Part shown: piece after piece, positions 1 through 8,412 of the stretch | How the letters are laid out: the number at the start of each line of letters is the position of its first letter | Position numbering within the stretch: position 1 is the first letter of the stretch | Notes under the pieces: model-generated | Seen by the model: the letters and a program-made list of their open reading frames with translations, nothing else | The model's database searches: none | What the model was told of the DNA's origin: nothing | Origin: a virus | Taxonomy: Duplodnaviria > Caudoviricetes | Reading direction: 5' to 3' (one strand) | IMG/VR virus record: IMGVR_UViG_3300004776_000002 | Location: 1 to 57,849 of that record | Length of the DNA stretch: 57,849 nucleotides | Program-made: the position numbers and the translations under genes

Positions 1-3000
1 CTGGGCTCAAAATATTAATGGTGCAGGTTATAGTTTATTTGGTAGTAGTGTAGTTAGTGGTAATCTTACTTTAGATTCTACTTCTGATTCTACTAAAGGA
101 TACATAATTCTACAACCAACAACAGGCAATGTTGGTATTGGAATAACTACACCTACTACAAAGTTAACAGTAGATGCTTCTACTCTAAATACTATAGGAA
201 ATGCCACTACAATAACATTCTCTCAAATAAATTATGCTCTTGGTAACTATGTAGTTGACTATAATACTCATACTATTAGAGTTTATGCATATAAATTAGT
301 CAATGGAAACAAAGTGTTTTCTGTTACACCATTAGAAAGTTACTTGACAGACGATGGAACAAGTGGTGTAGTTTGTCAGTTATATTGGAGTTGGTCCGCA
401 GTTACTGGAGCTGATGGTTATAGATTACTAAAGTCTAATGAAGATTTGAATTGGAATTTCGACCACTATTTAGATACCCCAAATGCATATATTTACGATG
501 GAGATTCCTCAGATTGGACTTTAGGAAGTACAGTTACACCTACAGTAATACCTACGTATGTTGATTCAATTTATTCAAAAGGTAACATTAAGATAGGATA
601 TGAAGCTAGTATCAAACCAGATGTTGATGCTACAGACGCTCTAAGTATCGCGCAAGCTGATGGGACTAACTTTGTTACATTCGATACAACTAATAAGAGA
701 GTTGGAATTAACTCATCACCTGGTAGTACTTTAGATGTTAAAGGAACATTAAGATTGTCTGGTTCATCTGCAGGTTTTGTTGGATTAACTCCGGCCGCAA
801 CTGCTGGGTCAACCACTTATACCCTACCTTCCACAGATGGAACTTCAGGGTATGTTCTATCTACTGATGGTTCAGGTACTCTTTCTTGGACTACTGGTAG
901 TAGTGGATATTCTGGTGTTGGTACTTCCGGTTATAGTGGAATTAGTGGATACTCTGGAATTTCTGGTTATTCAGGTATTAGTGGATACTCTAGTTATTCA
1001 GGTTACTCAGGGATTAGTGGATACTCTGGATATAGTGGTAAGAGTGGTTATAGTGGAATAAGTGGATACTCTGGTATATCTGGTTACTCAGGTTACTCTG
1101 GGGTTTCTGGTTACTCGGGCATATCTGGGTACTCTGGAATTTCTGGTTATTCGGGTTACTCAGGATATTCCGGAATAAGTGGTTACTCTGGTTATTCGGG
1201 TATTAGTGGTTACTCCAGTTATTCCGGTTACAGTGGAATTAGTGGTTACTCCGGATACTCAGGCATATCTGGATATTCAGGCTACAGTGGAATTAGTGGG
1301 TATTCTAGTTACTCAGGTTACTCTGGTTATAGTGGTATTAGTGGTTATTCAGGATATTCTGGCATATCTGGGTACTCTGGTTACTCAGGAATATCTGGAT
1401 ACTCAGGATATAGTGGTAAGAGTGGGTACTCAGGGATAAGTGGTTACTCGGGCATATCTGGGTACTCTGGTTATAGCGGAATAAGTGGGTATTCTGGTAT
1501 ATCTGGGTATTCAGGAATTTCAGGGTTTAGTGGATATTCTGGAATTTCTGGTTATTCAGGTATTAGTGGTTACTCAGGTATTTCTGGTTACAGTGGAATT
1601 TCTGGTTACTCAGGTTATTCTGGAATTTCTGGTTATTCAGGTTACTCAGGCATATCTGGGTACTCTGGTTATAGCGGAATAAGTGGGTATTCTGGTATAT
1701 CTGGGTATTCAGGAATTTCAGGGTTTAGTGGTTACTCTGGTATATCTGGTTACAGTGGAATTTCTGGTTACTCAGGTTATTCCGGAATTAGTGGATACTC
1801 AGGTTACTCAGGCATATCTGGGTACTCAGGTTACTCTGGTATATCTGGATACTCTGGTTATAGTGGTATTAGCGGTTACTCAGGCATATCTGGTTACTCT
1901 GGTTATAGTGGAATTAGTGGTTACTCTGGCATATCTGGGTATTCTGGTATTAGCGGTTACTCAGGTTACTCAGGTATTAGTGGTTACTCTGGATACAGTG
2001 GTATATCTGGGTATTCAGGTTACTCAGGTACTAGCGGTTACTCCGGATATAGTGGTATTTCTGGTTACTCTGGTTATAGTGGTAAGAGTGGTTATAGTGG
2101 AATAAGTGGATACTCTGGTATATCTGGTTACTCAGGAATATCAGGATATTCAGGTATCGGAACTTCTGGTTATAGTGGGGGTGCTGGTTCCCAGACTCCT
2201 TGGTTAAGTGATGTTTACGCTAATGGTTATAGTTTATTTGGTGGAAGCGTACAAAATACTAATCTTATTCTAGATTCTAGCTCAAATATAATTAAAGGAT
2301 ATTTAGTACTTCAGCCATCTGGTGGTACTGTAGGCATTGGTACAGCAAGTCCAGGTTCTTATATTTTAGATATAAGTAGTGCTGGAAATGATTCTTGTTC
2401 TGTTAGAGTAAAAAGTATAGATATTTTATCAGATCGATCAGCTGGATTTAGAGCAGAAAATAATTCGGGTTATTATAGTAGATTTTTAAAATGTTGTTCT
2501 AGTTATAGTCTTTATAAAGTATTTACAAATAACGATGCAGTACTTTATAATGATACTTCCGCTGGAAATATAGTATTACTTAATGACTACGCTTCAGGTA
2601 AGATTATCTTAACTGCTGGTGGTGCTTCTGTTGCACATCTAACAGTAGATTCAACTGGTAGTGTTGGAATTAATCAACCATCCCCAGGTAGTACACTAGA
2701 TGTAAAAGGAACACTAAGATTGTCTGGTTCTAGTTCCGGTTATGTTGGATTAGCACCCGCGGCAGCCGCAGGATCAGTAACTTATACTCTACCTTCCACA
2801 GATGGAACTTCTGGGTATGTTCTATCTACTAATGGTTCAGCTGTTCTTTCCTGGGCCTCAGGAGCTGGTGGGTCCTCTGGTTACTCGGGTATTAGCGGTT
2901 ACTCTGGATATAGTGGTAAGAGTGGTTACTCAGGAATAAGTGGTTACTCTGGTATATCTGGATACTCTGGTTATAGTGGTATTAGCGGTTACTCTGGTTA

Positions 3001-3634
3001 CTCCGGAATAAGTGGTTACTCCGGTTACTCCGGTAAATCGGGTTACTCCGGTGTTGGAACTTCTGGTTACAGTGGTTCAGGGGTTGCTATTGGAGGTAGT
3101 ATTTCCGGAAGCTCTGCTAATGATATTCTTTATATGAATGCCTCTAATGCCCTTGCTTGTAGTGATTTTCTTAAATGGGTTGTTGTTTCTGCACATGGTA
3201 CTTTACGTGTTTATGGAATTGCTGACGGTGGTTATGGAACTTATGCACATGTAGAAGGATATAATGACGGCACCGGTTTACATAAGATGTGGTCACTCGG
3301 TGATGACGGTTCCGGTGCTTATGGTATGGTCGGGTTCTTTGGTACTACTAGTGCTGGTCGAATAATGGAGTTTGATGCTTTTGATACTGAGATTTCAGGT
3401 GGAGATAAAAGAGCTGGGACATTTAGTTGTGATCCTAGCGGAGATGGATATTACAGTTGGACTTATCTAGTGAGTAACGGTTCAGGAGACTTTAGTTACG
3501 CAGCACAGATGTATCATGATCACATGACTGTTCCAAGTATAAGACCAGCTGATGGAGTTGCATCAGATTCTTTTACTGACCTTAATGGAAGAGTCGTAAC
3601 AGTATCGTACGGGATTATAACTAGTATTACATAA
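1..3634 (+). CDS. Tail fibre / collagen-like virion protein (5'-truncated)
   Basis: The frame is open from position 2 (WAQNINGAGYSLFG...) into the 314..3634 ORF. It has long Gly-X-Ser tracts and repeated VGIG/VGIN...PGSTLDVKG modules typical of fibre proteins. Confidence 0.75.
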   Translation, partial: WAQNINGAGYSLFGSSVVSGNLTLDSTSDSTKGYIILQPTTGNVGIGITTPTTKLTVDASTLNTIGNATTITFSQINYALGNYVVDYNTHTIRVYAYKLVNGNKVFSVTPLESYLTDDGTSGVVCQLYWSWSAVTGADGYRLLKSNEDLNWNFDHYLDTPNAYIYDGDSSDWTLGSTVTPTVIPTYVDSIYSKGNIKIGYEASIKPDVDATDALSIAQADGTNFVTFDTTNKRVGINSSPGSTLDVKGTLRLSGSSAGFVGLTPAATAGSTTYTLPSTDGTSGYVLSTDGSGTLSWTTGSSGYSGVGTSGYSGISGYSGISGYSGISGYSSYSGYSGISGYSGYSGKSGYSGISGYSGISGYSGYSGVSGYSGISGYSGISGYSGYSGYSGISGYSGYSGISGYSSYSGYSGISGYSGYSGISGYSGYSGISGYSSYSGYSGYSGISGYSGYSGISGYSGYSGISGYSGYSGKSGYSGISGYSGISGYSGYSGISGYSGISGYSGISGFSGYSGISGYSGISGYSGISGYSGISGYSGYSGISGYSGYSGISGYSGYSGISGYSGISGYSGISGFSGYSGISGYSGISGYSGYSGISGYSGYSGISGYSGYSGISGYSGYSGISGYSGISGYSGYSGISGYSGISGYSGISGYSGYSGISGYSGYSGISGYSGYSGTSGYSGYSGISGYSGYSGKSGYSGISGYSGISGYSGISGYSGIGTSGYSGGAGSQTPWLSDVYANGYSLFGGSVQNTNLILDSSSNIIKGYLVLQPSGGTVGIGTASPGSYILDISSAGNDSCSVRVKSIDILSDRSAGFRAENNSGYYSRFLKCCSSYSLYKVFTNNDAVLYNDTSAGNIVLLNDYASGKIILTAGGASVAHLTVDSTGSVGINQPSPGSTLDVKGTLRLSGSSSGYVGLAPAAAAGSVTYTLPSTDGTSGYVLSTNGSAVLSWASGAGGSSGYSGISGYSGYSGKSGYSGISGYSGISGYSGYSGISGYSGYSGISGYSGYSGKSGYSGVGTSGYSGSGVAIGGSISGSSANDILYMNASNALACSDFLKWVVVSAHGTLRVYGIADGGYGTYAHVEGYNDGTGLHKMWSLGDDGSGAYGMVGFFGTTSAGRIMEFDAFDTEISGGDKRAGTFSCDPSGDGYYSWTYLVSNGSGDFSYAAQMYHDHMTVPSIRPADGVASDSFTDLNGRVVTVSYGIITSIT
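701..2854 (+). repeat. Internal direct repeat of about 190 bp (701..889 and 2663..2854)
   Basis: Both copies encode VGIN..PGSTLDVKGTLRLSGSS.G.VGL.PAA.AGS.TYTLPSTDGTSGYVLST.GS..LSW directly before a GXS tract. Confidence 0.9.
905..2176 (+). repeat. 9-bp coding tandem repeat (GYS/GIS triplets, about 140 units)
   Basis: Degenerate ggttactct/ggtatatct/ggaattagt units give Gly at every third residue, with short GVGTS/GIGTS breaks. Confidence 0.95.
2879..3073 (+). repeat. Second GYS/GIS triplet tract (about 20 units)
   Basis: Same unit as 905..2176. Confidence 0.9.
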
Positions 3635-3645
3635 GGAGGTTTGTA

Positions 3646-3894
3646 ATGGATGTAAAAAAAGAAACAATGGTTTTACCAAATCAATCTACTCAGGAAGTTT
3701 ATGCTTTTCCTATATATCAGACTATGAAGGATAGAAACGGTAATGATGTAGACGTAGTTGTACAGACAAAACGGCTAACTCGAGAACAACTTTTAAAGCA
3801 GAAAGAAACAATTGATAGTATGGTTGCGGCAGCGGATGACTTAGAGACATCCTTAAAAGCAGGCGAACTACCGATAGAAGAACCTAAACCATAA
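3646..3894 (+). CDS. Small protein downstream of the fibre (possible fibre assembly factor)
   Basis: Strong SD AAGGAGG. Function is inferred from position only. Confidence 0.5.
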   Translation: MDVKKETMVLPNQSTQEVYAFPIYQTMKDRNGNDVDVVVQTKRLTREQLLKQKETIDSMVAAADDLETSLKAGELPIEEPKP

Positions 3895-4508
3895 TGAAAC
3901 AGTTTATAATCACATCATACTATACTTTGGATACTCCTTATCAAAAAGTTAGTCATGACTATTTGTTGAATTCTTTGCGTAAATTAAACTTAAAGTCTGA
4001 TATCAGAGGTGTTAATAATTTAGGGAATTGGCAGAAAAATACTTTATATAAAGCTACTTTTATCAAACAGATGCTTGAGAAACATATTGACAGAAATGTT
4101 GTTTTTCTCGATGCCGATGCTGAAATTCTCAAGTATCCAGCATTGTTTGATGAGATACCAGAAGAATATAATTTTGCAGCTCACTTTTTGGATCGTGATA
4201 AATGGTACAATCAACAGTTTGACGAGCCAAGAGAATTGTTATCTGGAACTCTATTTCTTCGAAATAGTCAGGAATCTAAACGCATAGTTGAAATCTGGGA
4301 ACATGCTTGTGCATCATATAAAATGATCTGGGAACAACGCCTGCTTCAAACTGTAATTGAACAAGAGAAGATAAAGGTATTTGAATTGCCGATTGAATAT
4401 GCTTGGATTAAATCTATGCCTAACGGAGATACGCCATTTGTTAAGCCAAAAGGTGACATAATCATTCAACATAATCAAGTTTCACGACAACTCAAAAATA
4501 AAGTCTAA
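3894..4508 (+). CDS. GT-A fold glycosyltransferase
   Basis: FLDADA DxD motif, LLSGTLF, WEQ, and a C-terminal H-N-Q motif. Confidence 0.75.
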   Translation: MKQFIITSYYTLDTPYQKVSHDYLLNSLRKLNLKSDIRGVNNLGNWQKNTLYKATFIKQMLEKHIDRNVVFLDADAEILKYPALFDEIPEEYNFAAHFLDRDKWYNQQFDEPRELLSGTLFLRNSQESKRIVEIWEHACASYKMIWEQRLLQTVIEQEKIKVFELPIEYAWIKSMPNGDTPFVKPKGDIIIQHNQVSRQLKNKV

Positions 4509-5272
4509 TGGGTTACACGATAGAAGTAGAAGGAAAACACATAGTCAACAAAGAGTATAAGAACTTCGTGATTATGAATAAAAGTAATCATTCCTACGCA
4601 GTTAATAAAAAGATTACGGAAGTACTTAATTCGAATAGTTGGGTTGGCCAGCGTTGTTTCCTAATTGGTGGTGGTGAGAGTCTTAAAGGATTTGACTTCA
4701 GTCGGCTAAATGGAGAGTTGACTATAGGAATTAACAAGGCTTTTCAGGCATATCAGAACGCTACTATAAATTACGCGATGGATTCGACCTTCTACGATGC
4801 GTTAAAAAAAGGCCACTATGATGTAATCTCAGGAGAAAAACTTTGGGATAAATGGTTATCCTTTAAGGGCATTCGAGTATTTCTTACTCCTATGGAAATA
4901 AAGGAATTTGGAAAAGAGGTGTATCTAATCAGACGCATATTAGATTTTAATATCAGTCGCGACTTAGAAGCGGGCATTCATGGGGGAATTAACTCTGGTT
5001 TTGGTGCAATAATGTTAGCTGTAGCGTTAGGAGCTACTAAGATATATCTTTTAGGATATGACATGAAGGCCAAGACGACTAGTCATTGGCATAGCGGATA
5101 TCCTGACAGAGATTTAGTTGAATTCAATCAGAAACTTGCGGAATACAAACAAGAGATTCAGAAGGCACTTCCTTGGGTACTCAAGGTTGGCGTTTCCGTA
5201 GTTAATTTGTCTCCAGATAGTGATTTGAAATGTTTTGGTTATGATTCGATAGATAATGTGTTGAAAGGATAA
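4508..5272 (+). CDS. Maf/DUF115-like (sialyltransferase-fold) glycosyltransferase
   Basis: IGGGESL, IGIN, NSGFGAIMLAVALGATKIYLLGYD motifs. Confidence 0.65.
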   Translation: MGYTIEVEGKHIVNKEYKNFVIMNKSNHSYAVNKKITEVLNSNSWVGQRCFLIGGGESLKGFDFSRLNGELTIGINKAFQAYQNATINYAMDSTFYDALKKGHYDVISGEKLWDKWLSFKGIRVFLTPMEIKEFGKEVYLIRRILDFNISRDLEAGIHGGINSGFGAIMLAVALGATKIYLLGYDMKAKTTSHWHSGYPDRDLVEFNQKLAEYKQEIQKALPWVLKVGVSVVNLSPDSDLKCFGYDSIDNVLKG

Positions 5273-5276
5273 TTCG

Positions 5277-5699
5277 TTGCCTGCGTACAAGAACGTTACA
5301 AATCAGAGACAGACGTTGAACGGTAAAGTTATTGAGTCTGGTCAATCTGTGTTCACTACTGCTTACTACGACGAGAATGACACTAAACTGCTCAAGATTG
5401 ACGATGCCCCGTACTTCAATCCAGTCATTTTATCTGAAGTTATAGAAGAGAATGAGATAGTAAAGATTCCAGAGAAAGATAACTTAGGCAATAAAGTAAC
5501 TAAATATGCTATTCACTTTTATTTGGAGAAAGGAGAAGTTGAGATATTCTACAATTCATTACACAATGTTCCATCGTTGAAACTCTACTCCGGCGCTAAA
5601 TGGAACTTACGATGTTTCGAGAGAAATATTGATCAGATTATTGTGAATTCTATTAATCAGAACTTCATTCTTTGGATAATAATAGAACGATTAGTATAG
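5277..5699 (+). CDS. Hypothetical protein
   Basis: 140-aa ORF with AAAGGA SD, tightly packed. Confidence 0.5.
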   Translation: MPAYKNVTNQRQTLNGKVIESGQSVFTTAYYDENDTKLLKIDDAPYFNPVILSEVIEENEIVKIPEKDNLGNKVTKYAIHFYLEKGEVEIFYNSLHNVPSLKLYSGAKWNLRCFERNIDQIIVNSINQNFILWIIIERLV

Positions 5700-5710
5700 G
5701 AGAGAAATAT

Positions 5711-6196
5711 ATGACCGAAACCTGGCTGGGAACAATACCGTTTATTGGTACAGTAATATTAGCATTTGGGTGCCTACTGTATATGCTTGGAGGTAGAGAT
5801 GGCAAGTGGAAACGAAGATTCATTGGAAGTCTCATCTGCGCAACCGCAATTTGGGTAGAGACATTGCTTCTGAGTGTATTCACATGGAAACAATTGGCAG
5901 TGTATCCGCTTTTGGCTATTGCATTCTCTCTTGGTTATGGTGCAGAGATTCCAATTATAAAGATAATTAAGAGATCAATTGTTGTGTTGTGTTCTTTACT
6001 TACTGGTTTACTGTTCTGTCTTACTATTGGACACACTGCTTGGCTGATACTTCCTATTCAAGTGGTGGTAGCAGCAGTGTCAATTTGGTTGGGCGTAAAG
6101 AATCCAATACCAGCAGCTGCTGAAGAATATTTTGTCTGTTTATTTTTAACCGAGTGTAACCTTCTTTATCCCTTTGCAGCAGTAATGTTGAGATAA
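5711..6196 (+). CDS. Multi-pass membrane protein
   Basis: Several hydrophobic segments. GGAGAG SD favours the ATG at 5711. Confidence 0.6.
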   Translation: MTETWLGTIPFIGTVILAFGCLLYMLGGRDGKWKRRFIGSLICATAIWVETLLLSVFTWKQLAVYPLLAIAFSLGYGAEIPIIKIIKRSIVVLCSLLTGLLFCLTIGHTAWLILPIQVVVAAVSIWLGVKNPIPAAAEEYFVCLFLTECNLLYPFAAVMLR

Positions 6197-6206
6197 GGAG
6201 TTCGTT

Positions 6207-6542
6207 ATGATTGATGTCATTAATCGATTTCGCAGACAAAATAATGTTGACCCGGTAGGACATATTGACAGTCAAGTTAATCAATATTGTCTAATGCATT
6301 GTTTAGAAATGTCCCGACAAAATAGCGTATGTCATGCACCTGATTATTACTTGAATGAATGGTCTGAAGCAGTAGCAATGATACAATATTGTGAGGATTG
6401 GCAAGACAGAGTAATCTTTGATATACTAGGATCTAGCGATGTAGGTCATCGAGATTTGCTTCTACAGTCTAATACTATATCATATGCATCCTGTATTCAT
6501 GATTGGGTTGTGTATGTAACAATTCGTGGAACGAATAATTAA
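6207..6542 (+). CDS. CAP/SCP-like small protein
   Basis: INRFR...HCLEMS...H...EAVA...SDVGHRDLLL pattern. Confidence 0.45.
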   Translation: MIDVINRFRRQNNVDPVGHIDSQVNQYCLMHCLEMSRQNSVCHAPDYYLNEWSEAVAMIQYCEDWQDRVIFDILGSSDVGHRDLLLQSNTISYASCIHDWVVYVTIRGTNN

Positions 6543-6548
6543 GGAGGT

Positions 6549-6795
6549 GATGAGTATGACAACAATAACAATAAACATGCCACATGTAACGAAAGAGGAG
6601 TTGTTGGTGTGGTTATTGGCATTAAATGGATTATTGGCCGCTATTGTTAAATTCTGTCCAACGATTCCGTCGAAATACCCGTGGTTAGTAACGATCATCA
6701 AGATATTGGGTAAAATTACTCATAATCAAACGGATGACGACGCAGTACGCGCAATACAGAATAATCAATTAACAACACAGAAAAAAGAAGAATAG
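6549..6795 (+). CDS. Small membrane protein, holin-like (start approximate)
   Basis: One to two TM segments and a charged C-terminus, preceded by AAGGAGGTG SD. Confidence 0.4.
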
Positions 6796-6796
6796 A

Positions 6797-7024
6797 GTGA
6801 AGAACAAGATATTAGTAATAGTTCTAATCATTGTAGCAATTGTTATCGTGGCATTAGTGTTGAAATCGAAAAAACAATCTGTTGCGAAAACGTCAGTTGC
6901 AATAGTAGAAGTGAAGGCACCAGTTGCGGTAGTAGCAAAGGAAGAAGTGAAGAAAGTGGAAGTGACACCGGTTGTAGCAGTAGCAAAGGAAGAGATTAAC
7001 GTAACAACGTCAACAATTAAATAA
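6797..7024 (+). CDS. N-terminally anchored small membrane protein
   Basis: Hydrophobic N-terminus and a repeated VAKEE motif. Confidence 0.5.
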   Translation: MKNKILVIVLIIVAIVIVALVLKSKKQSVAKTSVAIVEVKAPVAVVAKEEVKKVEVTPVVAVAKEEINVTTSTIK

Positions 7025-7036
7025 AGGAGAATAGCA

Positions 7037-7549
7037 ATGAAAAGATTTTTAGCTATATGCATTGCGACATTGACAATGTTAGCGATGGTTGTGCCGTCGA
7101 TAGCTGACACCACCAAGACCACCACGACACCATCGACTGTGACATTATTACCCGCAAGACCTGCTGTTTTGTTATCTGATGTTGCTAATCAATTGCCTCC
7201 GTTGAAGCAGGGAATTATGTACAGTGTACTAGACAGTAAAATCAAATATCTGACTACTGTTGAAGTGCTGAACCTGAACAATGTCAATATGCCAAAGTGG
7301 GCAACGTGTGTCAAGAATCTTGATTTAGAATTTGGATATTCTACCGAAGAGACTGGCGTTGTGATTGTCTCATATCCAATTGTCAAATTAAAAGATTTAG
7401 GTGTTACTATGCCAATTCTTGATTTAATTGAATGTAACGTTGGTGTTGCAGCTGGTATGAAGAGAATTGGTTTAGGTGCTGGCAACGCGAAGGGCAATAA
7501 TGAATTTGACTGGGGTGTCACAGCAACATTGATTAATATAAAGTTTTAA
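7037..7549 (+). CDS. Secreted / outer-membrane protein
   Basis: Signal peptide (MKRFLA...SIA). Ends in an alternating beta pattern with terminal Phe. Confidence 0.5.
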   Translation: MKRFLAICIATLTMLAMVVPSIADTTKTTTTPSTVTLLPARPAVLLSDVANQLPPLKQGIMYSVLDSKIKYLTTVEVLNLNNVNMPKWATCVKNLDLEFGYSTEETGVVIVSYPIVKLKDLGVTMPILDLIECNVGVAAGMKRIGLGAGNAKGNNEFDWGVTATLINIKF

Positions 7550-7625
7550 GGGAAATAGCGGTCAGAACGTTAACCACAAAAGACTGCGGGTAGACCAACG
7601 TTCAGTCTACCTACCGTAAAAAGGG

Positions 7626-7829
7626 GTGATTATGTGGTGGGATGCATTATTAGATATATTAAACAAATTTATACCTAACAGAAAAGCCGCATTAGTTGAT
7701 CAGTTGAATGCTTTAAATGTGAAGTATCAACAGGCTCTTCAGGAAGGTCGCGATACGGACGCTGCAACTATTAGGAAACAGATGGATGAATTAAGACAAA
7801 AGGCTGGACTTACAGGGGGTGATGTATGA
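7626..7829 (+). CDS. Small coiled-coil protein (possible spanin component)
   Basis: Overlaps the next lipoprotein gene via ATGA. Confidence 0.35.
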   Translation: MIMWWDALLDILNKFIPNRKAALVDQLNALNVKYQQALQEGRDTDAATIRKQMDELRQKAGLTGGDV

Positions 7830-8197
7830 GAAACTTGACGAAGTTAATGCTCGTTCTTCTTCTGCTGGTTTCAATAGCCGGTTGTGCATCCTGGATAGTT
7901 CAACCTCAAAAGGTGGTTCTGTTACCCGAAGAGAGAATATTCACAGTTCCAGCAGGACAAAAGATTGACGTTCTTTTAGACAAGAAACCTCTATCGATGA
8001 CTTTTCCATATGATATGAAGTTAGTCAGTCCTGCAGTATTAGTGGCGCAAGAACAGAAATTGAATGATGCAACCTTTAAACAAATATCAGCAGAGAAGAG
8101 AAACAGTGGAATATTGCAATTCTTAACGGTGTTGTTTGGGGCATGCGGCGGAGCAATAGCATTGTGGCTTAAAAATAAAGTGACAAAGAAAGTCTAA
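7826..8197 (+). CDS. Lipoprotein with C-terminal TM segment (u-spanin-like architecture)
   Basis: Lipobox IAGC after a hydrophobic signal, and C-terminal TM ILQFLTVLFGACGGAIALWL. Confidence 0.5.
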   Translation: MRNLTKLMLVLLLLVSIAGCASWIVQPQKVVLLPEERIFTVPAGQKIDVLLDKKPLSMTFPYDMKLVSPAVLVAQEQKLNDATFKQISAEKRNSGILQFLTVLFGACGGAIALWLKNKVTKKV

Positions 8198-8240
8198 GGT
8201 TTACTCAAATATCCGTTGATCTGTAAAGGGAGGATTCCTC

Positions 8241-8408
8241 GTGAAAGTCTACTTCAATACATCCAAAGAAAAAGACAGTCCAAGAAAATTGATTGATGTC
8301 GAGTTGGTAAAAGATTTCAAGACTACCTTTCTGGTGCGACTTCCAGATGGAAATGTCGTACTTCGCAAGAAGAATCGAGATTTGATACAAGATGAAATGA
8401 AAGGTTAA
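8241..8408 (+). CDS. 55-aa hypothetical protein (not in the ORF track)
   Basis: GGGAGG SD, GTG start, MKVYFNTSKEKDSPRKLIDVELV...KG stop. Confidence 0.55.
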   Translation: MKVYFNTSKEKDSPRKLIDVELVKDFKTTFLVRLPDGNVVLRKKNRDLIQDEMKG

Positions 8409-8412
8409 ATCT

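Noticed and set aside
837-2105. Val/Leu-rich + strand ORFs overlapping the fibre gene
   Set aside because: They are alternative-frame shadows of the 9-bp repeat.
905-2176. Repeat tract as a CRISPR array
   Set aside because: It is a degenerate in-frame 9-bp coding repeat with no repeat-spacer structure and no cas genes.
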